From: Phallusia mammillata
Lineage: Eukaryota
DNA length: 64,000 bases
Direction: 5' to 3'
Assembly: GCA_965637545.1 (NCBI GenBank)
Contig: OZ281495.1
Location: forward strand, 4,712,001 to 4,776,000
In this document: piece by piece, positions 47,265 to 58,509 of the stretch
Layout: every line of letters starts with the position of its first letter
Position numbering within the stretch: position 1 is the stretch's first letter
Notes under the pieces: model-generated
What the model saw: the letters and a program-made list of their open reading frames with translations, nothing else
Databases searched by the model: none
What the model was told of the DNA's origin: nothing
Translations under genes and position numbers: made by a program

Positions 47265-48469
47265 GGATATATGATCTCTATATCGCATCACCAAAGCCAC
47301 ACAAAATTGAATATTGCACACACTAAGCTGGGAATTGTAAGTCCAGCTTTTAGTGGTGGGCTGGATAAAGACTGTGGTAAGCGTTATCAATTCGAAGAAA
47401 TTTGTAGCCATATTTTTGTCCACAACATTCGTACTTTTTGTTGCAGAAGGTTTTTGACTTTTTATTGTATTTTGTGTCTAAATTATTGCATCACTCACAG
47501 TCTGAAATCACAGTTAACCAAGTTAGTATTCGGGCACTCCGTAATTTTCAGGCGAGTCAGTACTATAGAGTATCATTTTTTTAATACTCGGTAATCGACC
47601 AAAAAGTGCTGGTATATTGATGAGCAAAAGTTCAAGTTACGACGCAAAAGCAATAAACTTATTCTAACGTACAGTTTTTAAAGTCGTAAAAAAATAGGCC
47701 ACTTAACTTCAAGAAGAATAAAATTAAAGAAAATCATCTTGTTTCAAGAATGTTGGGCCGACGTCATGTATGTGTGACGTCATATTTGACGGAGCGACAA
47801 TTAAGTCTTAATTTGAGACGCGTGTAGTCCAAAAATTGGAAAATTGATTACTAGAAAGTTTTGATCATCTCTGGTTGCACGGTTGTGTTTTCTTGCTACA
47901 ACTTAACGCGCTAAGGGTTGTTTTATTAGTGTTTCTATTCTTCTTCACACAGTTTATTTGTGATACACGGTTAAACTTCTTAATTTCAAATACACTGTTG
48001 CATTGCTTTGTCACTGACAATTGGTTTGGGTCGATGTTTTCTCCTGGTGCCTTCTTTTCAAATTTATATTTTCTATTTTCTGACTCTTTTTCACACTGTA
48101 CAATCTCGCCACTGTAATTTTACCGTAGGGGGCGCCAGAGCATCGCATAATTTAGCCACTGTGTATTAATTACTTCATAGAATTCCCATTCGCCTATCCC
48201 GCTTTAGATTAGCATTAGGCTATAGATGAATTTTAGACCATCTTTTTTCTTCATTTTTCTTTACCGCATAATGCTTATTCGTTTTATTTTGTTTGAGATA
48301 TTTTCAGTCGAAACTCGTGAGTGCAAAAATATATTAATAGGTATTTTTAAAAACGTTCTCCTTGGTTTATTATTTTTGCATTCCTGGATAAAGCGGCTCT
48401 CTTCAGTTTATGACACACTGTTGCTGCCTGACACAATATATAAACTAAATAATGCTCCTTTGGCAAACG

Positions 48470-48526
48470 TATTGTTTGTTTGTTTGTTTGTTTGTTTGTT
48501 TGTTTTTTTTGGGGGGGGGGGGGGGG
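48470..48526. repeat. (TTTG)n microsatellite followed by T and G homopolymer runs
   Basis: Direct reading: ttgtttgtttgtttg...tttttttt then a long G run. Confidence 0.9.
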
Positions 48527-48532
48527 CAAATA

Positions 48533-48657
48533 TCCCGGGAATGATAAACTAATTTATGTGTTTTCATTGCTAAATATTTGTAGTTTTTTTAAGACCGGTC
48601 CGCGATAAAATTTCACTTTCAAAAACGGTTCGCAGAAAAAAAGATTTCCGACCAATG
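48533..48657. mobile_element. Truncated inverted copy of the adjacent MITE
   Basis: 48533-48657 is an imperfect reverse complement of 48666-~48793 and ends at the TSD. Confidence 0.8.
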
Positions 48658-48665
48658 CTGTAAGG

Positions 48666-48900
48666 CAGGGGTCGGCAACCTTTATTGCACTGCGGACCGT
48701 TTTTGAAAGTGAAATTTTATCGCGGACCGGTCTTAAAAAAACTACAAATATTTAGCAATGAAAACGCTTAAATTAGTTTATCATCCCCGGGATACATGGG
48801 CAAAATGTTTTATAGCATTTAACCTGAAAAATTATACGGACCGGTAACGAACTCCTCGCGGACCGGTACCGGGCCGCGGACCGGCGGTTGCCGACCACTG
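48666..48900. mobile_element. hAT-type MITE (family of 24551-24767, opposite orientation)
   Basis: TIRs CAGGGGTCGGCAACC / GGTTGCCGACCACTG; perfect TSD CTGTAAGG. Confidence 0.92.
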
Positions 48901-50174
48901 CTGTAAGGAACTGACCTCATATTAAACTTCTTGAAAGGAATTTTTTAAAGATGATCTACGGGCCGTTAGCCCTTATTGGGATAAAACGGCAAAATGGTGC
49001 GATAAAAATTATGTCATTTCCTTTTCGCACCATTCAGTAATTAGCTATCCTGCGATGGGCGGAACAATCATTTTCTTGGTAAAATTTTGAGTACCCCTTT
49101 GTAACCGTGTACCCTTGTGACTGGTGTGGGGCTTTTGCAGTTTAAGAGCACCGTTGAATGCAATTCAGCCCATGCTTAACTGTTTATGATATTTTTTAAA
49201 CATACTGTTAAAGCTTAACTTTTATTAGAGTCTGAAATTGGCTACCCATAAAACAGCATTTAGTTCTTGCTTTTTGTCTGTCTACGATTTTTCAAGTGCT
49301 GTTTTCAAAATGCTTGAGAAATTTTAACTCTGCGCACGAAATTATTGTTACATAGAATACTTATCCCCAAGTTATTAGGTCGCGTAATAAACCAAGGGGA
49401 ATTATGAGTAAAATTGTGACACAAGACAACAACAAAGTTCCCTGCTAGTAACGACTCCATTTGCCCCGCCCCACAGCAATAATCGAATTGTGACAAAACG
49501 TGCTGCACCATTTGGCAGAACGTAACAAAACTTGTTTCTCTTACAACTTGACATTTCACGCTTGAATCACCAGCTGGCACGTCACAATATTACTCATTGT
49601 TCTGTCACAACACGTAATTGCCCAATTTATCATTGCTTAAAAAAGTCCCCAAACCAGCTTGTAAAAATTTTTGTTGGTTCGCAGCAAAGTTCTTGAACAG
49701 GAATAGTTTTTCATTTTAGTTGTTTTTGGTCAACCTATACTAAGTCCAGATCGATTTTTACTTTATCCATTGAGAAAGCTGAACGATTTGGCAATTAGTA
49801 TAATATATGGGTATATTATATGTTTCTATCCCAGTAAAGTCCATTTAAACCAGTTTTTCAAAGCTAAATGTCTAGCAAAATAGTTTTCATCAATTCACGC
49901 CCGCCACTACAAGAAGTTTAATATAACTTACATGTTCACGGCCGCATAATTGCATTTCCGCGACCGCATGTGGCAGTGCGTCCGCAGGTTGTGCACTCCT
50001 GACCTATAAGGCATGGTCAAAATAAACAAAATTTCGAGTCTTTACATTGCATTTTTGCAAGTATTAGATTATTTATGAAGCTGTATTGTGCTATCTCTTG
50101 TAGTTGCACTAGTACATTTTTGACCCAATACAACGCTATGCGTTTCACAAATGCAATAAGCTCTCGCTTGTAAC

Positions 50175-50436
50175 CATGGGCGCCGGCAGAATATTTTGCA
50201 AGAGGGGGCAAATTTTGGCTGATACTTTACCGCATCAAGTATTTGTTACATATGAAGCCATAAATCGTGTACTTCACAATTGAGTTGCCTAAAAGTTAAA
50301 GCATTTAACGATGTAACAAATCCCCACGCTGCCACTTTAATTAGGTTTGCTGCAAAATATGTTAAATTGAGGTACACTGAAATTCCAAGGGGGGGGGGCA
50401 AGTGCCCCCTCTTGCCCCTACGTGGCGGCGCCCATG
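50175..50436. mobile_element. hAT-type MITE
   Basis: TIRs CATGGGCGCCG / CGGCGCCCATG; perfect TSD CTTGTAAC. Confidence 0.9.
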
Positions 50437-51000
50437 CTTGTAACTATAAAAGTATATTACTGTAAAATGCAACACAATGCAAAAGGCAAGTAAATCGTTG
50501 TTTACCAGATTAAAAGTTCACATCGAAATGAAACAATTGTCATTCTAATCTAATTGTTATGTAATACAAAGTATTGTGGCGAAACAATATCATTACCACA
50601 TCACGAATTTTGCAAGGTTTTGACATTCACAGGTAAGGGTCATTTCCTATAAAATTATGTCTAAAAATTCTGCAAACGAAGCCAAATTTTTGACGAGTAT
50701 ATTGTCTAAAAAATTTCCAAACGTGACCAAAATAATGACAAGAATTTGTTTCGCTTCAAACGCCTAATCTACATTCGCATCCCAATACGCCCAAATATTA
50801 TATTTCCTATCTGATGAATTGTTGAATGCAAATTAGTTGTTCATTAGGGGTGGTTGTATTTTTAGTTCGTTGTTTTAGTTTTTGTAGCCAAATCGCAAAG
50901 CAGAGGCTACTTTTAATATTTGATTATTTCTCATTAGGGCGAGGCTAGGTCATAAAGTTAACTACTTCGTTTAAATATTGCAAAACAGCAATTTAATATT

Positions 51001-51052
51001 CAATCGCAAGCGAATACCATCAAACTCAATCGCAAGCGAATACCATCAACAT
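51001..51052. repeat. 26-bp tandem duplication
   Basis: caatcgcaagcgaataccatcaa starts at 51001 and again at 51027. Confidence 0.9.
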
Positions 51053-51249
51053 CAAACTGACATGGAGGTATCTTAACTAAATCAAGTAGTCGGCAAATTA
51101 TGCCTTTTTCATTTTTATTAAATCTTTGGCGAAAAAGTAGCGCAAAAGTTACAAATTTACAAAATATGTTAAACACCCCTGAAAAAACAGAAACATAAAT
51201 AAACGAAATATACAACCAAGTATTGCTCAACCAGCAGTTTTATTGTAAA

Positions 51250-51295
51250 CAATCGACGTTTCGACGTCCTATACAAGACGCCTTCATCAGGATAA
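51250..51295 (-). ncRNA. Minimal Penelope-type hammerhead motif (family H2)
   Basis: Minus strand TTATC-CTGATGA-A-GGCGTC-TTGTATAG-GACGTC-GAAAC-GTC-GATTG: intact core, 6-bp stem II (one G-U), zero-loop stem III (GAAACGUC). Confidence 0.65.
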
Positions 51296-51875
51296 TGACA
51301 TACCTTGCAGGACAAAATTCTTATAAAGCGACAAAATGCAAAACACACACAAAAAAAACAGCGATAACAAGATCGCGCGGCTGCAAACTCGCACCAACGC
51401 AAACGAAATATACGTTTTGCTTTATTTTTTGGCAAAACATAATGTCAATAAAGGCAACAATTAGGGCAGTTACAACTTTTTAATTAAAAGGCCCCCGAGA
51501 GTTTGCTTTTGAAAACCTCAAACCATTAAAAGTGTAAAACCCGGATGCACATTATGGGCTGTTTTATCAGAACATAGTTTCGTAGCATGCCTGATTGTCC
51601 TTGCAGAACATAACCCGTGTAACAAACCCATTTCCTTTCGGTTCTTTCCTAGTACGTCATCTTAGCGATGGTACTGAGTGACGGAAATTACAAGAAAGCA
51701 GGTTTCGGTGTGAAGTACCCTTTTTGTTCAGTTCATGCATTTCGCTTGTATTTGTTTCTTACTTGACCGAAAAACTTGAGGTTTCTAGTTCAAATCCCAC
51801 CTCATGCAAGATTGTTTGAGTCACCTTGGTGTCCAACCGACTTTGAAACGAATAGTTCAAAATAGCGAAAGTGTC

Positions 51876-54800
51876 TCATACAATGTCGTGTTCGACCAAT
51901 ACCAGGTGTTTTAGACGCTCTTGTTCTTCAATAGAAAAACCGATTGCTTCGAGGTATTTAGGCGTAGAGCCATGTTTCTCATCGACGTATTCCAATAATT
52001 GTAGAATGACGTTTTCGGGCGTCTACAAATGCATTTTAAATTGAAAACGGCGTTTTGGCAAATTTTCGGATTTCGGATAACGCATCGTTTTATCCAATCA
52101 CAGCTAATGTGCATTTTTCATGGCATTGTGACGTCATAAAGCGTCTAATTACTTTTTCACGACTTCACTGACTCATTTGCGACGATAAAATTCACAACTA
52201 GTCATACAGACAGATGTGTAAAGGGAAAACCCGACATGCAAATTGGAGTTCCTCGAAAAACTCATTCATAATTCTACGAATATAACTTAAACAACAATGT
52301 AGTAAAATAGTATATCACTAAAACTCTAATTCTAAAACGGGTTAGAGCATAATGATTGCATATGTACATTCAAAATAGGAAGTACTATTGAGCGAACGAC
52401 CTTTTCTCTACAAACGAGTATTGCTCTTCTAGCAGTTTTATCATAAACAATCGACGTTTCGACGTCCATGCGAGACACCTTGATCAGAATAATGGCATAT
52501 CTTGCAAGACAAATTTACCAATGAACTAAGTTTTACCACTCCGTTGGTGCGAGTTTGCAGGCGCACCATCTTGTTATCGCTGTTTTTGTGTCTTCATTGT
52601 CGCTTCATAAAAAAATGTCTTGCAAGATATATGCTCATATACTAATGAAGGCGTGTGTCTAATATACATTTGACAGTAGGCTACCTCGTTTTTGCTGTAA
52701 TCCGCTGCAATAGTTTTTCGGTCAACCCCACACATTTCAAGCAGAAGTGCAGAAACGATCCCTGTTCTGTCTCTTCCCGAATGACAACATATCAAAGCTG
52801 GAAGGTTTTCGCTCTTGTTGAGTAATTGCAAACTTGTTCGAATCGAAACACCACAGAAATCGACAGTCATCTGTAAAAAAAGTAAATTAAATATTTGTCA
52901 CAACGGTTGTTTGGCGCCACAAAGCACCAGGTGTAAAAAGTAGTTTATTTTGATAGAAATTCCATCTAGCTACCCAGTCTATACTATATTGGTCGTGTAA
53001 AGCCATTTACTTTTACTTAGCCTTCTCTGTTTAAAATGTGTTGAAGGCTCGAGATTTCACTAAAGTGGTGATTTTAAACTTGTTTAAAAAAGTAAGCAAA
53101 TATTATAGATTGAATTGATGCCAAAACAACGTATATTATAGAGATACCATATCTGCGTGAGCTAAATTTCAGACGGTTTTAATAACTATTGACACCAAAG
53201 TTCCTTTACAATGCGTCATATAGCATGTTGCTACATGTTACCAACCCCCAAAGTGCTATTTTTGATAGAATAGCATGACTATCATAGAGACAAAACGCGC
53301 TGTTTTGTGTCATAATAAGTTACAAAACAGAAAAATTCCAGGCATTTAGTTGTCCCGGACATTCAATTAGTAAAATTCCGGATACTCAATTAGTAAAATT
53401 CCGGACATTTAAAGTGTTTTGAAAAAAGGTTTTCCGGACACAGATTTTACCCCCGAATTTGGGACACGTACGGGAAATTCCGAATGTCTGACAACCCTAA
53501 CGTATCCATTACATCAGGGGCGGGCAACATACGGCCCGCGGGCCGGATCCGGCCCGCGACGGGATTTTGAGCGGCCCGCAGACAGAATCCGGTCTTACAT
53601 GATAATGTGGCCTGCGGCCACAGTCTGCTGCAACCCCCACTACTTGCTTACTACGTCAAATTATAGTTGTAACGGACAGTAACGCTCCCCAATAGCAAAA
53701 AAAACTTTCCCGCAGTTGTTACCATTGCACCTTCCGTCCATTGTTACGACATAACTGCCAACCTTGTGTGGGGCCTGCTTTCACGGTTTCCTTTGTTTCC
53801 ACACGTGTTGCCTAATTAGTAGGGCAAGTTTTTGTTGCACTTAAATCGTGAAAAAGTTGCACTTAATTTTAACAAAAGTTGCAGTAAAAAGTTGCATTAA
53901 TGCACAAGTTTTTTAATATTGTTAGGGTATGAGATACTCGAAAGGTTCCGTTGTATTACCCAACAGTTTAAGATTTGCAGGGTGTGTGCTTGTTACGTTT
54001 CTTTCTTCGCTATTCAATCGATCATGTACACATTTGCATACATGTTCTTTAGGTTTGAAACCTACATGACAGCATTTCGCTGTCAGCTCCTGCAGAGCTG
54101 TCAAATTTGGTACTTTCCCAATTCACGGACGACCGCCGAAATTACACTTTTTTGCAAATCAAAGAGAATAGAACCATACTGGAAGTAGTTTTTTAGCATG
54201 TTTTTTAAATCACTCCTTAACATTTTGCGCAACACTTGATAAAAGTTGCATGAAAAATAGAAAAAAGTTGCAACATAAAATTCCTGCAAACAGCTCATAA
54301 CACCATACTACATAAATTCTCAGTATTTAGGAAGCTGCCGGAAGCTGTTAAAAAAAGTTGCAAAAACTTGCCCTACTAATTAGTGTTTCAGCAGTATCTA
54401 AGTCTGTGGTGTATGCATTAAATTTGTTGTGGTAAATAATTTTATGTTATATCAGTTAGATTGTTTGGACTGTATTGTAATTGTGACGTTCTTGATTGTA
54501 TTTGGTTTAGAAGGTCAAAATTCCGTTTTAAATCACTGGATAAATACGCGAATCGATTCAGAAATCCGGCCCGCCAAGCACTTCATTTTCCCATATCAGG
54601 CCCGCCGACTGGAGAAGTTGCCCGCCCCTGCATTACATGATAAGTAAGGCACCGACAGTTACACCACTGTTAAGACTCATATGCACGCTATTAATCCATT
54701 AGAACTGTTGTGACACAGGATATTAATAGTCAATGTTCTATTTGAAATGACCAAGTACACATTTTTCTGATCCTATATTCCTTCCCAATATCTTGATAAT

Positions 54801-56651
54801 CAGTGAATACAATTTGGCATTGTACTTACAATTACAAACGGGGCTCTGGTGCAAATTTAACCAAATCGCCTTATGGACTATTACTAACCTTGTAAAGATT
54901 AAGAGGCCCCACTGATCTCATTAATCTCTTAATGGAACTCGCGAGCAATTTGGTCCCGACAAAAATCGACATCATCCATAGTACAAACATTCGAAATCTC
55001 TGTTCAACGAAAACAACATTTTTAAGTAACACTCAAACTTAAGTTTAATCCAGCGGACTTATAAGGTCACGAAAAGTGTTCTCACGTGCGTTTCGAATCA
55101 ATTCAAAGGAAATCGTTAATCCCGTGAACGCCATGATAATTGACACGAAAATTGGTTTTCAAACAAAGGAAAATTTTTCTGACATGGTAAGAGGTGTAAT
55201 TAAATCATAACTTACGCGGGACCGTGGGATCATGTCGGAAAACAAAAGCTTTCGCAGAAACATTGGTCCGTAACATTCCACCATGAAGTGACGAATCTCT
55301 CCCGTTGCCGTTTTATTTCTTGTTTGTTTCCATATGACGTCTTTTGCTGACTTCATTTCCATTTCACGCACGTCAACCACTTCAACAACTGCAAAGGAAT
55401 TTGTTAAAACATTTTCTGAGCGAACCAATTATTATCATAACTTATCGTACCTTTGTCGGTTCCGTCTAACAACTTCATACCGTCCTCGTGTAAATATTCG
55501 CTTTCATAATTGCGTAAATCAACAACCGTTCTACAGAAGAAAAAAAACAATGACAAAATTTAGGCTCGGTTGTTTTAACCGAAGTGGTTCTGCCGATACT
55601 TTTCGGTGTATTGTAAATTAAGGTCACTACATGCACTTTTGCCATGCATTATGTTTACAAGCAAAATCTGCTTAATAATACACGGACTTGTAAGCAATGT
55701 AGTAACCGAATATACGTAAATAGTGGTATCCCAAACGTTTCAGCAAAAGACTTAGTGATATGGAATAAAGCGTTTCGCGATTAATGCATATTTAGGCCAA
55801 GTAAACCACTTTTCCAAAAACGCATCTGTCAAAGTAGGCTCGTTAAAAAAGCTAAAGAATCACTGGTTAAGAACTTTTTGAAACATGTGGCAAAATACTT
55901 CACATTCAGCTAGTCACATAACTGATAACTCCAGGCCCAAAAACTTTCAGCATATTCCGTGGGTTTACCCGACGCAACATAAACAACAAGACGAATTGCT
56001 TAACTGTCATTTAACGGTGTTTGACGGCCACACGACCCACAGCGCAGCACTTATGTGGTTTATACTCAAGTGGAATGAAATTTACAGAACCTAAATAACA
56101 TTTAAGTTGTCATTCATGTATTTGCAAGGGAATAGCGAATGTTTGGAAATGTGCAATTCTTCGGTTATTGGCAATTACATAAGCATGTGTAACCATTTTA
56201 ACATCAAAAACGGCATAAATGATCAAATATTTATTTTAAATATTCAGCAAAACATTTTTCCCACAAGAGAATTCACACTTATGTGTACAACCATGGCAAA
56301 TTTGGAGTAATTTTTTTTTACTGACTATGGCCTTTTCAATAAAAAATGGGGCCTTTAAAGTGGTCCTATATTGTTTACGTAACTAATTTTGGCGTTATTT
56401 TGTTTTACCACATATGAAACAAAAAAAACGCTAATATGCATAAATTTGACTTGCTCGTAATTTTCGAACCTGATTCCAAATTCATTTTGAAGCTTTTCCA
56501 AATCCTCCTTCGTAATATTATCAGGCCTGGCACTTCTGTACACATTACCGATATGTTGGTGGGCAGCATATTGTGATGCTATGTTTTCATTGCAGTTTGC
56601 ATTTAAGCAATCACAACCAACTGGCCTAAAGTTTTTCACCGATTTTATCAT
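51876..56651 (-). CDS. Cys-based protein tyrosine/dual-specificity phosphatase, PF13350 (Y_phosphatase3; MptpB/IphP-like), paralog A (~292 aa)
   Basis: Exons 56470-56651 (NFRPVG...VYRSARPD), 55451-55530 (TVVDLR), 55216-55388, 54889-54999, 52685-52870 (CCHSGRDRTG...ADYSKNE), 51876-52022 (YVDEKHGS.PKYLEAIGF). All GT-AG and in frame; exon sizes 80/111/186 nt are identical to paralog B. An additional upstream exon cannot be excluded. Confidence 0.88.
52448..52492 (-). ncRNA. Second H2 hammerhead motif, core mutated (CUGAUCA), in phosphatase A intron 5
   Basis: Minus strand TTATT-CTGATCA-A-GGTGTC-TCGCATG-GACGTC-GAAAC-GTC-GATTG; flanks homologous to the 51250 copy. Confidence 0.55.
53338..53499. 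mobile_element. MITE half with internal CCGGAC repeats and a 23-bp tandem duplication
   Basis: Ends in ctgacaacccta; repeated ccggac/ccggat motifs; caattagtaaaattccgga occurs twice; no left TIR seen. Confidence 0.5.
53515..54630. mobile_element. hAT-type MITE (host of a nested insertion)
   Basis: TIRs CAGGGGCGGGCAAC / GTTGCCCGCCCCTG; perfect TSD CATTACAT. Confidence 0.92.
53820..54375. mobile_element. hAT-type MITE nested in 53515-54630
   Basis: TIRs TAGGGCAAGTTTTTG / CAAAAACTTGCCCTA; perfect TSD CTAATTAG; internal (A)AAGTTGCA repeats. Confidence 0.9.
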
Positions 56652-56990
56652 TACCTTTGTTTTAAATCAACGCACAAATGACTTTGTTAACGTCTGTAAG
56701 AGAGATAAATGTTATTTCAACATGTAGGATATACCTGACTGTATTGTAAACGTTTCACTGGAATAAATTTAACAAACACTATGCCTCTTTAGATTGCCAC
56801 ATATTATTGCAAAATTCTGATCAAAAATCCTATTGTATCCCATAATTTTATTTGAATAAGAAATTAAAGATGCCAACAAAGGTGAAACATAACCTAAACG
56901 ATTTTCAAAACATATTTGTTGACTGATTTACAGATGAAAACATTGTCTATAATTGTTAATAGAAAAATGCAATCATCAAGACGTTATTAC

Positions 56991-57482
56991 TAGTGATGTA
57001 CCGAATCGACGAAATTTCGATTCGGCCGAAACCGAATATTCGGCGGTTTTGCCGAATAAATTCGGCTTGATCAACCGAATCTTTTATGACGTCACGCAAA
57101 GTCGTACGCTACGCGTTTGACATGAAAACACAAGTTTTCTTCATGGTTATTATTATAGAATGGTTGTGTTTCGTCCTTATTTTAGTTCTATGGGGTTTAA
57201 CATTGCCTCAAGCATGATTGCCAACCCGACAATGAATTACTGATTTTTTGTCTGCAGTGGGAAAAGCGTCGATATGTTAAAAAATATAATGATTGACGCG
57301 ATTTTCGTTGGTACAAAGAAGAAAGGACACGTTTATCGCTTTAAATGGGTGCTCGTAAAAAATTTTGCAAAGATTCGGTTTCGGCCGAATAATTGGTTGC
57401 GATTCGGCCGAAACCGAATCTTTGCAAAAGTGACCGATTCGGCCGAATAAATTCGGCAAACCGAATATTCGGTACATCTCTA
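56991..57482. mobile_element. hAT-type MITE
   Basis: TIRs TAGTGATGTACCGAAT / ATTCGGTACATCTCTA; perfect TSD GTTATTAC; subterminal ccgaat/ttcgg arrays. Confidence 0.92.
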
Positions 57483-58509
57483 GTTATTACCATGTTTAAA
57501 AGCCAAATGATTTTTGGCAAATTCTTGACAATGACATTTACATTTTTCCAACCGTATATTTTTTCTAACCAACTGTTACTGCTATATAACCTTTCCAAAT
57601 GCCTATAGTTCTGTTCAAACATCGCAAAGTATCTATCGTACTGTTAATATTCACATTGCCGACTAAGCTTAAATAATCTGCAAACACGGAAAAGTCCCTT
57701 TGTAAGCACTGCTTAGTGCTTATATCTCAACAAAAATGCAAAACACGGAACCAATTTCACCGTCACTTCGCAAAGGAATGAATTTTTTTTTGCGCTATAC
57801 AAACGTGCCAATTACAATTATTTCTGACTGTCACAGAGCGGCCTCTTGAATCTCAATTAATCGCTTTTGTGGTGACAATGCGTCTTGTGACGTCGACAAT
57901 CGTAATGGAACAAGTTGTTTTTTGCCAAAAAATGTCAAACTCAATCTGCTAATGACACCAACAACTGGCACTAAACACTTCATTTATTGCATATTTGGGA
58001 ATTAACTCTTGACCTATAATTCAACTTTTACTTGTGTAGTGAAATACTTGTTCTGGCTTTTGGATTGTTTTTTGGAGATTAAAAAGATAAGTATGCTGAT
58101 CTCTATTTTATTAACAATTATACACATAGAAAAACATCAATAAAAATTAATTTTTATTTTGATATGACACTGCTGGTATGGTGTAAACCTGAGGTGAAAA
58201 CATTTCAAGGTAAAATTGTAGAGGCGTAGGTTTTTTTTTAAAAAAAGAAAAGGCTGCATAAAGTACACGAATGTAACCAAAACTTTAAAACAACTTTAAA
58301 GCATCTTCAGAACGAAACAAATGATAGAGGTAAGTTTGCCAAAATATATTTTGTTTGTGAAAAGTAATGCAAAGGTAGGTGGCTTTTAATAAAAAAAACA
58401 GAGGCATTTGTGTTTTCATTAATGCAGAACATCATTGTAAACATACATACGTACCCAAAAAACGTAAAAATTGTAAACATTACATTAAATTTGAACCCAG
58501 GTACATAAA

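Noticed and set aside
51770-51812. GTTCAAATCC B-box-like motif suggesting a tRNA or SINE
   Set aside because: No A-box or cloverleaf could be built.
51763-51840. Extra exon (RLDTK...SVK) after phosphatase A
   Set aside because: Phase-incompatible, and it lies beyond the stop of the true last exon (51876-52022).
55416-55450. Apparent 35-nt intron in phosphatase A
   Set aside because: Comparison with paralog B supports the acceptor at 55389-55390, giving an ordinary 62-nt intron.
53360-57480. Short repeated motifs (ccggac, aagttgca, ccgaat) as CRISPR-like arrays
   Set aside because: They are subterminal repeats inside TIR/TSD-bounded MITEs; there is no repeat-spacer periodicity, no cas gene, and the context is eukaryotic.
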